Below are positions 35,228 to 44,225 of a stretch of DNA of 54,528 bases, piece after piece. Below the pieces are notes generated by a model. That model ran no database searches. It had not been told where the DNA came from and saw only the letters and a program-made list of their open reading frames with translations. Source of the DNA: a virus (taxonomy: Duplodnaviria > Caudoviricetes); the IMG/VR virus record IMGVR_UViG_3300011441_000013, positions 1 to 54,528 of that record; one strand, given 5' to 3'. Numbering within the stretch: the first letter of the stretch is position 1; each line of letters starts with the position of its first letter. Made by a program: the position numbers and the translations under genes.

Positions 35228-36576
35228 GCGACGTGCCCATCCTCCAGCATGACGGACACGTCGCCGGCGTCTGAGGTGACGTATTCCATCCAGACCTGTG
35301 CACCAGCCTCCGCTGCCTGTTCTGCGACGAGCTTGAGGCTGTCATCGTCGAGCAAGTTCCCGTTTCTGATGAGCAGCACCTTGAGCGTCGGGTTGAGGGC
35401 CAGGCCGATGGCGATGCTTACGCGAAGTTGAACGCTCGCCGAGACTTCGGCCAACGGAAGTCCTTCGAACGTGACGCCGTCGTCCGTGAGGCCGAGGCCG
35501 GCGACTGGGAACTTCGCGCCCTGGAGCTTCGCCGCCTTGTCAGCGTCGAGCTGCTCGAGCTTCTTGGTCAGCTCTGCGACGAGCGCCTGGTGGTTCATGA
35601 CCTCTTGCTCTTGCACCAACCACGCTTGGTTATGTCGAGCGTGCGTGTTCTGGACGTCGAGGTCGGTGAACTTGCTCGCCAGCGCGACGGAGTCTGGCAC
35701 GGCCGCAAGCGTCTTGACTGCGACAACTTTCAGATCCGCCAGCGCCGCCATCTTGGCATCGACCTCGATGTCACACGCCGCCTGTTCCGCGTCAAGTTGA
35801 TCGAGCTGTGCTCTCAGTGTCTTGATCTTTTCCGCCATCAATGTGCGATCTTTCTGCAGGCTCTCGATCGACTGCTCCATCTTGGACGCGGCGCGATCGG
35901 CCTCAGCAGCGGCCTGACGAAGCTCTTCGGCTCGACGGATCTCGTTCGACACCTCGTCGATCGGCATGATCGTGATCTCGTAGATGCCCTGCGGCGTCGC
36001 ATGGTGCGGCAGGTTGTCAAGTCTGCTCTCGGCCAACGTCACCGTCTTCTTTTCCATCGCGCGGGTGTCGAACAACAGTCTTCGTTGATCGTTGATCAGT
36101 CCGAAGTCGAGGTTCACGAGGCGGCGCAGGATCTCGTTCTGAGCTGGCGGCTTCTCTCTGCTGAAGGCGAGCGGATCGAACGTCAGCTTGCCGTAGAGCT
36201 TGTCGAGCAGCGCCTGCGGCGAGGGATACTTCGCGCCCTCTCTGTTCGTGACGACGAGCACCGACTGGGTGGAGGTCCAGACCATCTTGGAGTCTGCCGC
36301 GCCTGGCACATCTTCCACCTGTTCGCGATAGAATCGGCGAGTGACGATGTAGTCGCCGAGGTCGACGGTGACCTTGGCCTCCGACTGGCCTGTGCGGATT
36401 GGCTGCGTTGGAACCAGGTCGTTGCCGCCGAGCGCGTAGGCGATGGAATCAAGCACCGATGACTTGCCGGAACCGTTCTTACCGCCGATCGTGACGAGAG
36501 AGCCGTCAGGCGCTGGCGTGACTTCAACCGCGCTGAGCCGCTTGACGTTGGAAGAGCTGAGACGGACGATCTTCAT
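35224..36576 (-). CDS. SMC/Rad50/RecN-like coiled-coil ATPase
   Basis: Walker A GKNGSGKSS, long coiled coil, signature-like VSASVQ, degenerate Walker B LLIRNGNLLD. Confidence 0.85.
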   Translation of the reverse strand: MKIVRLSSSNVKRLSAVEVTPAPDGSLVTIGGKNGSGKSSVLDSIAYALGGNDLVPTQPIRTGQSEAKVTVDLGDYIVTRRFYREQVEDVPGAADSKMVWTSTQSVLVVTNREGAKYPSPQALLDKLYGKLTFDPLAFSREKPPAQNEILRRLVNLDFGLINDQRRLLFDTRAMEKKTVTLAESRLDNLPHHATPQGIYEITIMPIDEVSNEIRRAEELRQAAAEADRAASKMEQSIESLQKDRTLMAEKIKTLRAQLDQLDAEQAACDIEVDAKMAALADLKVVAVKTLAAVPDSVALASKFTDLDVQNTHARHNQAWLVQEQEVMNHQALVAELTKKLEQLDADKAAKLQGAKFPVAGLGLTDDGVTFEGLPLAEVSASVQLRVSIAIGLALNPTLKVLLIRNGNLLDDDSLKLVAEQAAEAGAQVWMEYVTSDAGDVSVMLEDGHVA

Positions 36577-37019
36577 GGGGTCTCCTTCGCCAGAGTTTTC
36601 TGGCAATTCTTGCAGCTATCGTTTGGCGGTGCAGCGCCAAGCAGTCGTGTGTTGGCTGGCAGCGGCGTCTGAATGCAAAGCGAGAGTCCGCTGCGGAAGA
36701 AGTGCCACTTGCCGAGCATGGCCCAGCCTTCCGACAAGACGGTGGGCCGCGACATCTTCTTCACCTTGATCGTTCCATCTCGCATCATCTTGCACATGAC
36801 GTCGTCGGTAGAGTAGATGATGCTGGCGCCGCGGTTGCTGAGGTTGTGCATGGCACACTTGTAGCACATGTAGTACGATCGCTCGTCACCGTTGTCGATG
36901 ATTGTCACAGCCAGACTGCCGCAGGCGAAGTAACGGTGTCCAGACATCGGCGACGCTTCCTGACACTGCTGACCTTCTGGGATGTCGAAGAGATCTACGA
37001 CTGGCGTTATGACGCTCAT
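36573..37019 (-). CDS. Cys/His-rich hypothetical protein
   Basis: Several C/H clusters (CYKC, KWHFF...LC, CKNC). Confidence 0.6.
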   Translation of the reverse strand: MSVITPVVDLFDIPEGQQCQEASPMSGHRYFACGSLAVTIIDNGDERSYYMCYKCAMHNLSNRGASIIYSTDDVMCKMMRDGTIKVKKMSRPTVLSEGWAMLGKWHFFRSGLSLCIQTPLPANTRLLGAAPPNDSCKNCQKTLAKETP

Positions 37020-37252
37020 GATTCAATCCTCAGCAAGTCTACCGGCAACCAACCATCGACCTCGCCGCTCGCCGTCAGCGAGTCGACGATCAGCTTCTCG
37101 TGGTTTTTTCTATAGGTGTTGTTGAAGAACGCTCCCACTCTCATGCTTTCAAGGTCGACGCGATAGACGGTGCCCAGTTGGATGTTGTCGTTCATCACGA
37201 CAAGTCCATCGTCTGTCTGTCGTCGAATCAAGACGGCACGAGTGGGCGTCAC
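37016..37252 (-). CDS. Hypothetical protein
   Basis: GGAGGT RBS. Confidence 0.65.
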   Translation of the reverse strand: MTPTRAVLIRRQTDDGLVVMNDNIQLGTVYRVDLESMRVGAFFNNTYRKNHEKLIVDSLTASGEVDGWLPVDLLRIES

Positions 37253-37263
37253 TTCTACCTCCG

Positions 37264-37288
37264 AAAAAGTGACCCCTTACGGGGGTCA
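37264..37288 (-). terminator. Intrinsic terminator
   Basis: TGACCCCC-GTAA-GGGGTCA-CTTTTT on the - strand. Confidence 0.75.
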
Positions 37289-37486
37289 GTCGGCTCCCTA
37301 CCGGAGTCACCCGGCTTGCCACTCATCCGAGAGCGGGACTGGCGGTCGACTAGCCGCCGACCTCATCAACGTGTCCGTCGCCATTGTGGCAAAAAGAATG
37401 CACCGGCTTTACTTTCGTCGACGTGGTGAAAGCCGGAAAGTCCACACGCTTGACAGGACCAGCATTGTACCTGTCTTGCGATGCTC

Positions 37487-38254
37487 TTACATCTCCGCTG
37501 CGTCTGCTCCAGGACCAGGGAAGTCGGGGTCGTCACCCGGCTCACGTTCAGCTTTGCGCTCGATCTGTTCGAACTTGATCGCCTGCACCGCTTCGAACAT
37601 CGCTTCGCCGGCGACCGCGTCAGCCTCGCTCACCCAGTCGGCGTTCTCGACCTTGTAGATCTGATGCGGCTTTGGATCCAGCTCGACGCCAGTCGTGATG
37701 CGGTAGCATCCAGCGAACACCGGACGATTGCGCATCGTGACGAGTCCCCAGAGCGTCGTCGCCACCGGCAGACCGCTGGACTTGAAGCTCAACGAGATCA
37801 TCTCGCGCGACGGCAGGATGACGACGATGAAGTCCCTGAACAGCGTCGCCTTTGGCTTTTGATCCTTACGGTTGGTTGCCTTGTTGTTCCACAGCAACCG
37901 CGGGTCGCCGAGCGGCACGTTGGGGTCCTTGACGCCGCCGCCGTCCTCGATGGGATAGAACTCCATCGCGCGCTTTGGCATCTTGCGGAGCACCTGCACG
38001 AACACCTCGCGACCATAGATCTGCCCGGTCACGCTGTTGAACAGGTCGCCGACCTTCAGCCCCTCGATGCGGTTAGGATCTCCTTCCGTCACCTGCGGGC
38101 TGAGCGCTTGAGCGAGCGCCAGTCGAGGGATGTTGATGTCGGACTGAACGGTGTCCTCCAATCCTCGTTGGTCGCCCTTCTTGAAGTAGTCCGGTGCGGG
38201 CGCGAGCGCTCCCGGCAACGGCTTTGCGAGTGCATCTGCTTTCGGTTCAGTCAT
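37487..38254 (-). CDS. Putative single-stranded DNA-binding/annealing protein
   Basis: DINIPRLALAQALSPQV, GDLFNSVTG; acidic C-terminal tail; replication context. Confidence 0.6.
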   Translation of the reverse strand: MTEPKADALAKPLPGALAPAPDYFKKGDQRGLEDTVQSDINIPRLALAQALSPQVTEGDPNRIEGLKVGDLFNSVTGQIYGREVFVQVLRKMPKRAMEFYPIEDGGGVKDPNVPLGDPRLLWNNKATNRKDQKPKATLFRDFIVVILPSREMISLSFKSSGLPVATTLWGLVTMRNRPVFAGCYRITTGVELDPKPHQIYKVENADWVSEADAVAGEAMFEAVQAIKFEQIERKAEREPGDDPDFPGPGADAAEM

Positions 38255-38348
38255 TTGTGTTCTCCGCTTTGCGGTTGTGATTGATGGGCCCGAACATTCT
38301 CGTGAACCGCCGATGACCTCGGGTCAACGGTCATCAGTCGAGCTTGAA

Positions 38349-38993
38349 CTACGCGCGCCTCAACTTCACCGTCATGCGCGCGTAGACCGCCACGCCATCA
38401 GGCGGAGGTGCACCGGCGAGAGTTCTCTCCTTCGCGATGGCGTTCATCGATGAAGGCCAGAGCTGCAAGCTGCGCTCGAGGCCGCCGCCTGGCTTGAATG
38501 AATGATGCGTCCAGTTGGCATCTTCCCCACGTTCGTCTGTCCCGCGATGCCCGAGTGCACCTTCGTCGCCGCCGCAGGTCATGCAACGATCCGCAGGCGC
38601 CATGCACCACAGACGGAACGCCTCCTTGTCCTCGACCTTGCCTTCAGGCACAGAGCCGACATCGACCGCCGTGCCATCCTTCAACTTGACGGTGTTCGGA
38701 CCGGCACCGTAAGTTCCCCAACCCTCTTCGTCGTTGTCCCAGCTGGCGGCGAGCAGTTGCTCGAATGCGTCGATTTGAACTTGAAGCTCAGAACGCTTCG
38801 CGCTCACCTCAGCGTGAATGGCACGCACCGTCGCATATGCCGCCGCGAGCTGATCAGGCATCAGCTTGACGATCTCGCCCGTGCTCTTGTCGACACAGAT
38901 CTCGCTCTTCGCTGTGTCGACCTTCTCTTGATGCTTGGGATCGTCGATTGGCGCCGGCAACAGGCTGTCAATCACTGAGTCATACTTGCCCAT
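38349..38993 (-). CDS. Hypothetical replication-cluster protein with CxxC/His insertion
   Basis: Coiled coil, V.DKEAF..W, PPDGV.V; inserted CMTCG...GH...HHSF. Confidence 0.65.
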   Translation of the reverse strand: MGKYDSVIDSLLPAPIDDPKHQEKVDTAKSEICVDKSTGEIVKLMPDQLAAAYATVRAIHAEVSAKRSELQVQIDAFEQLLAASWDNDEEGWGTYGAGPNTVKLKDGTAVDVGSVPEGKVEDKEAFRLWCMAPADRCMTCGGDEGALGHRGTDERGEDANWTHHSFKPGGGLERSLQLWPSSMNAIAKERTLAGAPPPDGVAVYARMTVKLRRA

Positions 38994-39115
38994 CGTCTCT
39001 GCTCCTTTTCCTAGTCTGCTCCAGTCTGCCAGCGCGTCGTCTCAGGCTCAAGACAAGTAGAACTTCAGGCCAGGAACCGACGACGAGTGGTCAGGCTGCT
39101 ACAGTTTCCTTCTCC

Positions 39116-39172
39116 AAAAGTTTTACAATTCTACTACAAATCCACCGATAATTATTCAGGTGGAAAACTTTT
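39116..39172 (-). promoter_or_regulatory. Operator-flanked promoter region
   Basis: -10 TAGAAT (39128-33) preceded by TTTGTAG as in P3; IRs AAAAGTTTT/AAAACTTTT and TCCACC/GGTGGA. Confidence 0.55.
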
Positions 39173-39174
39173 AT

Positions 39175-40836
39175 TTACGCCGCCTCTTCACGCAGCACGC
39201 CGAGCCATCCGCTGGTCGTCAACGTCGCGAGATCGTGCTTCGCCATCAACATCGCCAGCGTGCGATGATCGATTGTCTTTTGTCCCTGCGGTCCTGTCGC
39301 GACGATGTCGAAGTAAGACACCGGCGACGTTTGACCTGGGCGGTGAAGTCGATCATCTGACTGAAGTCTGTAGTCGAGCGAGAAGTCGTTCGAGAGCGTA
39401 TACATCGTGTGACTGGCCGTCAAGTTCAAGCCGCGTGCACCAGCACTGACGCTCATCACGATGACCGCCGAGCCAGCCGGCATCGTGCGCGGGTCAAGGA
39501 TGCGCAGAGAGTTCCGTCGATCGTCTTTTGATTGTCCGCCGATGATCATTCCAGTCTCGACGATGCCCCTTGCCATCAGCTCCTTATGGAGTCGAAGCAC
39601 CTCTGGGCGAAAGCGACTGCGTACGAGGATCTTGATGGTTGGATCTTCAATCAGATGCTCATCAAGTCGCTGCATGAATAGATCGAGCTTCTCGCGGCTG
39701 ATCTCTTGAACAGACAAGATGGTGGCATTGTGATCGCCCGCGTTCATCCATTCGTCATGTTCTGGCTCATCGAAGCGCATGCCTTCGACGCCGCCCAAGA
39801 ATCCACTTGTGATTTGCGCCAGGCGCATGATCTTCGTCATGGCCTGCGGTGCTTGGCTGACGGTCGAGTTCGTCAACCATACGACAAGCTCGTCGCGCAT
39901 CTCTCTGTAGATCTTCCATGTCGCTGGATCGAGCGGCACCGTCAGCATCACAGGTGGTAACTTCGTCGGTAGATCGAGGCAGTCCTTCTTCAAGCGGCGC
40001 AGGACGTATGGCACGAACCGTTTGTTGATGTCTTCGATTCCACTCCAGGTGTCAACTGTCTTGATGGCGAAGCCGCGCTTCGATGTCAACGGCTTGCCGC
40101 CGAGACTCAGCACAGGCTTCATGATCGCGTAACGTCTGCAAAATTGTGTGTACGATGGACAGTTCAGAATCGTCTTGCTCATGATGTTGCCCTGACTAAA
40201 CATGTCGCCCGGACTGTTGGAGATCGGGGTGCCGTTCAACAAGGCAACACGGCCGCAGCGCTGACGCAGCTGCATGCACGCCTTCGACTGTGCGCTCTTT
40301 GAATTCTTGACCGCACTGGATTCATCGAGGATCAGCAACGTCTTTGGAGAACAGACGCCGAGCAACCTGACGAGCCGATGATCCTTTGCCTTGTCTGTGA
40401 CCTTGATGGTGTAGTCAATCGGTCTGATGAACTCATAGTTCGTGACGACCCATCGAAGGCGTTCTTCTGCCGTCGCTGTCTCTGGTCCATGCTTCCAAGC
40501 TCGGATTCTTGAATGGTATTCGGTGATCGTCGATGGGACGTCGGTCCAGAGGTGACGGGCGAGTTCTCCAAGCTCTTCGTCATACCAGACGCCAGTGCGA
40601 ACGCTCGACGGTGCGACGACAACCACTCTGTCGATCACGCCCCTCGTGAACAAGAACTGGGCTGCGACGATCGCCTGCGCGGACTTCATCGCTCCCATCT
40701 CGTCGAAGAGGGCGAAGAACGGATGATCGATGAGCGCCTGCACGCCGACCTTCGCATGCTCCTTGATTGCCGACGGACCTTCATCCGTCATCACCAAGCG
40801 GCAGCGGGAGAAGTCTAGCGTCGTGCCATCAGGCAT
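39175..40836 (-). CDS. SNF2-family helicase
   Basis: LFDEMGAMKS, NYE, ILDESS, LNGTP, RRLKKDCLDLP, GLNLT, QS.DRLHRPGQ. Confidence 0.92.
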   Translation of the reverse strand: MPDGTTLDFSRCRLVMTDEGPSAIKEHAKVGVQALIDHPFFALFDEMGAMKSAQAIVAAQFLFTRGVIDRVVVVAPSSVRTGVWYDEELGELARHLWTDVPSTITEYHSRIRAWKHGPETATAEERLRWVVTNYEFIRPIDYTIKVTDKAKDHRLVRLLGVCSPKTLLILDESSAVKNSKSAQSKACMQLRQRCGRVALLNGTPISNSPGDMFSQGNIMSKTILNCPSYTQFCRRYAIMKPVLSLGGKPLTSKRGFAIKTVDTWSGIEDINKRFVPYVLRRLKKDCLDLPTKLPPVMLTVPLDPATWKIYREMRDELVVWLTNSTVSQAPQAMTKIMRLAQITSGFLGGVEGMRFDEPEHDEWMNAGDHNATILSVQEISREKLDLFMQRLDEHLIEDPTIKILVRSRFRPEVLRLHKELMARGIVETGMIIGGQSKDDRRNSLRILDPRTMPAGSAVIVMSVSAGARGLNLTASHTMYTLSNDFSLDYRLQSDDRLHRPGQTSPVSYFDIVATGPQGQKTIDHRTLAMLMAKHDLATLTTSGWLGVLREEAA

Positions 40837-41014
40837 GTTTCAATGCTACCAGTTCTGCCTTTACCATCTTTCCAAGGTAGAGGCGATCTTTCAAATCATG
40901 GACTTCTTGCTTAACATCTTGCTGAGCAAGATCTGATAGTCCATCAAGAAACTCAACGATGATCGTGAGTCTCATTGGTTTCAACGGAGTCATTCTAATT
41001 TCTTCGTCAGGCAT
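40829..41014 (-). CDS. Hypothetical protein
   Basis: GGAG RBS before MPDEE. Confidence 0.55.
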   Translation of the reverse strand: MPDEEIRMTPLKPMRLTIIVEFLDGLSDLAQQDVKQEVHDLKDRLYLGKMVKAELVALKHA

Positions 41015-41294
41015 GGTCTCTCCACACGACCCCATCACGGTCTACTGTTCGCCACATGTCTTCATCCATCGTGAGCGAGCTGATGCTGTGAATGAACTTG
41101 ACTCGTGGTTCAAGCAGCACCGCGCCACACCGACGACAGTGCGAGGATTCCTCGATGACTTCTTCGGCGACGATCCGGTATCCTGTGGCACGACGGAGAC
41201 CGTAGCGCACCCTGTCCTGTCGCTTGTGTCCACGCTTGAAGCAGATGAAGATCTTCAGCGCCAGCCAATGAACGCGAAGCCACTTCAACATCAC
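41007..41294 (-). CDS. Hypothetical protein with C...GH...CRRCG motif
   Basis: DUF1660-like zinc pattern. Confidence 0.55.
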   Translation of the reverse strand: MMLKWLRVHWLALKIFICFKRGHKRQDRVRYGLRRATGYRIVAEEVIEESSHCRRCGAVLLEPRVKFIHSISSLTMDEDMWRTVDRDGVVWRDHA

Positions 41295-41500
41295 ATGTTC
41301 CCCTTGTGGACGTGAACCTTGTCGAACGGGACAGGAGGGAAGATCAACTTACGGACCCTCATCTCGCACTGATAGTTCCGCTGCACGCGACGTGCACGCT
41401 TGCGGGCGGTGAAGCCAAACCAATGCGTGAACATCGGCTGCCAGAGTCCGAGTCCCATCGGGTTGGCCTCAACTATCCACTTCCGCCAGCGGAGCGTCAT
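41291..41500 (-). CDS. Hypothetical basic protein
   Basis: Coupled ORF. Confidence 0.5.
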   Translation of the reverse strand: MTLRWRKWIVEANPMGLGLWQPMFTHWFGFTARKRARRVQRNYQCEMRVRKLIFPPVPFDKVHVHKGNM

Positions 41501-41661
41501 CGAAGTCCTTTGACCTTGTTCTCCAGCTTCTCTACGCGGGCGAGAATTTGAAGCAACAGCTTGTCCGACCAGCGTGCATCTTTCTGTGCTTCGCGAACTT
41601 CTGCTCGCAGCCGCTTCACGTCGCCGACGACTACGTCACGAGGATTACGCTTCTTGGCCAC
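41497..41661 (-). CDS. Small coiled-coil protein (54 aa, not in ORF track)
   Basis: MAKKRNPRDVVVGDVKRLRAEV...; fills the gap, ATGA-coupled. Confidence 0.55.
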   Translation of the reverse strand: MAKKRNPRDVVVGDVKRLRAEVREAQKDARWSDKLLLQILARVEKLENKVKGLR

Positions 41662-41664
41662 AAG

Positions 41665-42135
41665 TCACAACCTTTCGGGGAAACCATACTCCACAGACTT
41701 CTTGTTGAACGCCTCTCTGATGCACTCGACCAGGTCGGCGTCAACTCTGGCGCACAGCAGCACGCCGTAGATGATCACATCGGCTACTTCCATGCCAATC
41801 TGCTTGCGGTAGCACTGTCTATTATTCAATGACAGGCCCATCTCGTATGATCGACTGTCGATGTTCGCGATCTGGTCCTCCACTCGTTTTAGTTTCTTTG
41901 CCGCATTGGCGGCCTCACCTGCCTCGCCGCACATCGCACCGGCCCACTCGAGAGGCGACCAGCTGTCGAGTGAGTGCCAGCGCGCTACGCGAGAGATGTT
42001 GGCGGCGATCAACTCTTGGAACGTGAGGATCGGAAACACGTCGCGGCCGCTATAGTGATAGCCGCAGGAGCATGGAACGCCAAGTTCAATGACGTTGTCG
42101 TTACCACAGTTGGGACACTTCCAGGAATTAGTCAT
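41665..42135 (-). CDS. MazG-like nucleotide pyrophosphohydrolase with N-terminal zinc ribbon
   Basis: GEAGEAANAAKK...EVADVIIY; WKCPNCG...CSCG. Confidence 0.85.
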   Translation of the reverse strand: MTNSWKCPNCGNDNVIELGVPCSCGYHYSGRDVFPILTFQELIAANISRVARWHSLDSWSPLEWAGAMCGEAGEAANAAKKLKRVEDQIANIDSRSYEMGLSLNNRQCYRKQIGMEVADVIIYGVLLCARVDADLVECIREAFNKKSVEYGFPERL

Positions 42136-42289
42136 CAGACTTCCTCGCTGCCTTCCAGAGGGCCTGCTGGATCATTACTGCGGCGACTCTCTCGCTGACG
42201 CGAAACTCCTTCGCGACGATCGACACGGCACGATTGCTGTCGTGCTGTTGAGTGATTTCATTGACGCGGATCGCGACTCGCTTCGTCAT
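42128..42289 (-). CDS. Small HTH-like protein (53 aa, not in ORF track)
   Basis: AVSIVAKEFRVSERVAAVMI. Confidence 0.5.
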   Translation of the reverse strand: MTKRVAIRVNEITQQHDSNRAVSIVAKEFRVSERVAAVMIQQALWKAARKSDD

Positions 42290-42300
42290 TCTTGATTCTC

Positions 42301-43065
42301 TCAATCTGGAAACTTCCCAATCATCGCCTGACGAGCGATCTGCTTGATCTCATCGGAGAATGTTGACTTCGATCCGCCCATCCACTTCCAGTAGTCGGAA
42401 TCGGCGTCTCGCATTGGCTTGCCTTGATACTTGCCAAACATGATCATGGCGACGCCATCGATTCGGCGAAAGAACCCCTCACAATCGATGAAGTCTGGCC
42501 ACTGCGCCTTGTGAAGTTCATCAAGATCACGTGACAAGATCTCATGCATCTTGAGTTGCCCAATGATGACGGCGTGGGATGCCTTCACGTCAGCCAATGC
42601 TCCGTGGGCATCGACGAGATCCACGCCGGTGTATTTCCTGTAGAGCGTGCTGAGATCTCGTGGGATGGCGAGAGCTTCCAGTCTGAAGCTGTCGACGATC
42701 CGCGCTCCGACGTAATCCCATTCTTGACTGGCGCGCTTCATCTCGTTGGCGATGATCTTCAAGTCGAAGCGTGTCTGTTGACCGCCGTAGTCACATCCGA
42801 CAAGACCCTTCGCCAAGTTCGCCGCCAGTGCCTGGAATCTTGGTGCGTTCTTCACCATCTCATCGGTGATGTGATGCACCTTCGTCGATGCTGATGGGAT
42901 TGGGATGCCTGGGTTGACGTAAGTTCGCCACTCCTTCGTCATGCCGGTAGCGTCCCAACGTTGAAATCCGATTTCGATGATTCGATCGGTTCTCGGATTG
43001 ATGCCGGTCGTCTCAGTGTCTAAGATGAACAACGGACGGGTGAGCGAGAGCAGTTCATTGAGCAT
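42301..43065 (-). CDS. DnaQ-like DEDDh 3'-5' exonuclease
   Basis: LDTETTG, RFD, HGALADV; C-terminal FGKYQGK. Confidence 0.9.
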   Translation of the reverse strand: MLNELLSLTRPLFILDTETTGINPRTDRIIEIGFQRWDATGMTKEWRTYVNPGIPIPSASTKVHHITDEMVKNAPRFQALAANLAKGLVGCDYGGQQTRFDLKIIANEMKRASQEWDYVGARIVDSFRLEALAIPRDLSTLYRKYTGVDLVDAHGALADVKASHAVIIGQLKMHEILSRDLDELHKAQWPDFIDCEGFFRRIDGVAMIMFGKYQGKPMRDADSDYWKWMGGSKSTFSDEIKQIARQAMIGKFPD

Positions 43066-43447
43066 GAGTTCTCCGAACGAAGTCCAACACGAAGCGATGA
43101 TCGAATCCATCGACGACCTCAACATCTTCTTCATCTGGCGTCAAGATGCACGTGCGTCGATGCGACAAGACATCTTCGTAGAGCACGACGTAACAGATGC
43201 CATTCGCAGCCAAGCGTCGACAGGTCAGCTGCTGAAGGGCGTTGGCCCAGACAACCTTCTCGCCGTGCTTCAATTCCCACCACGTGTCTTTCTTCTTCCA
43301 CGTGATGCTGATGTCTGGTGATCCTGACGTGAAGCCGTCTGAGTGCTTGATGATGACTGGCTTGGAAGCGTACTGCAATGCTGTTTCTGAAGCGAGCTCC
43401 GCACGAAGCAACTCAAGAAGTCCAGCTTGCAGCTTGCTCTCCGTCAT
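43055..43447 (-). CDS. PD-(D/E)xK nuclease, VRR-NUC/resolvase-like
   Basis: MTES.LQ, GSPDI, WWELK, LQ. Confidence 0.8.
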   Translation of the reverse strand: MTESKLQAGLLELLRAELASETALQYASKPVIIKHSDGFTSGSPDISITWKKKDTWWELKHGEKVVWANALQQLTCRRLAANGICYVVLYEDVLSHRRTCILTPDEEDVEVVDGFDHRFVLDFVRRTHAQ

Positions 43448-43761
43448 AACTTGACCAGTCGATGATCGAGGTAGTAGTAGACGGGGAAGTTCAACGCGAC
43501 CGCGACGTAGAGTTCAAGCTTGGCGCCCTTTGAGCCAGACCAGCCAGGCAACAACACGAGCGCGATGTCGTCATACTTCAACATCATGATGAGATCTCTT
43601 CTGAGCGAATCTTCCCACGAACGCCCATCGCTCGGTGGTGAGATCTCGTGTGGATTCAGCACTGAATGTCCTTCACATCGCAAGACGGCGGCAGCCTCTT
43701 CGAACGCTGGCCTGTTGTGAAGAGGGACATCTGACATCGGACCGCTGAGGTAGATGGTCAT
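43444..43761 (-). CDS. DUF4406 (nucleoside deoxyribosyltransferase-like) protein
   Basis: IYLSGPMS...N...F, VLNP, LLPGWSGSKGAKLE. Confidence 0.88.
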   Translation of the reverse strand: MTIYLSGPMSDVPLHNRPAFEEAAAVLRCEGHSVLNPHEISPPSDGRSWEDSLRRDLIMMLKYDDIALVLLPGWSGSKGAKLELYVAVALNFPVYYYLDHRLVKL

Positions 43762-44225
43762 TTGCCTTCCAACTGCTTGAGGATCAACTCTCGCATCAGT
43801 CGGCGATACGCCGCTCGATGCGAGAAGGATGCTGCGGCGTCGCCTGGGATCGTCTCCACCAGCGGCGGTAACATTCGTGGAATCTCTGTGAGCAGATGCT
43901 CGAAGAACTCATCTGTCAACAGATCAGCGTCCGTCTTGCTCATCTTAAATCTCCTTCCGATGACGTCGAGCTGATCTGAGATCAACTTCGACAATGATGT
44001 TTTCTGCTTGTCGGCGACCTTCTTGAGACAATCTTTCGTCTCTTGTCTGAGATCGACGCCGACGTAGGCTGGACGGATTTCTTGTGGCTTCCAGATTCCA
44101 GCCGCGACGACGATCTGACGAACACGCTGACCCGAGAGCTTGTAGCGCTCAGAAAGCGCTGCGATCGTCTGGCCCTCAATGTAGAGCTTGCAAAGTTCTG
44201 TGTTGCGTTCGGCGAAAGTCATCAT
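43758..44225 (-). CDS. DNA-binding protein (HTH plus RHH-like)
   Basis: G.TIAALSERYKLSGQRVRQIV; VGVDLRQETK..L...A.....SLSKLI. Confidence 0.7.
   Translation of the reverse strand: MMTFAERNTELCKLYIEGQTIAALSERYKLSGQRVRQIVVAAGIWKPQEIRPAYVGVDLRQETKDCLKKVADKQKTSLSKLISDQLDVIGRRFKMSKTDADLLTDEFFEHLLTEIPRMLPPLVETIPGDAAASFSHRAAYRRLMRELILKQLEGK

Noticed and set aside
38300-38340. CTGATGA on the - strand as a hammerhead ribozyme core (also TTGATGA near 37365)
   Set aside because: No GAAA after stem II; the segments fold as simple hairpins
39000-39110. Short repeats TCAGGC x3 and AGTCTGC x2 in the leader of 38349..38993
   Set aside because: Too short and irregularly spaced to support a call
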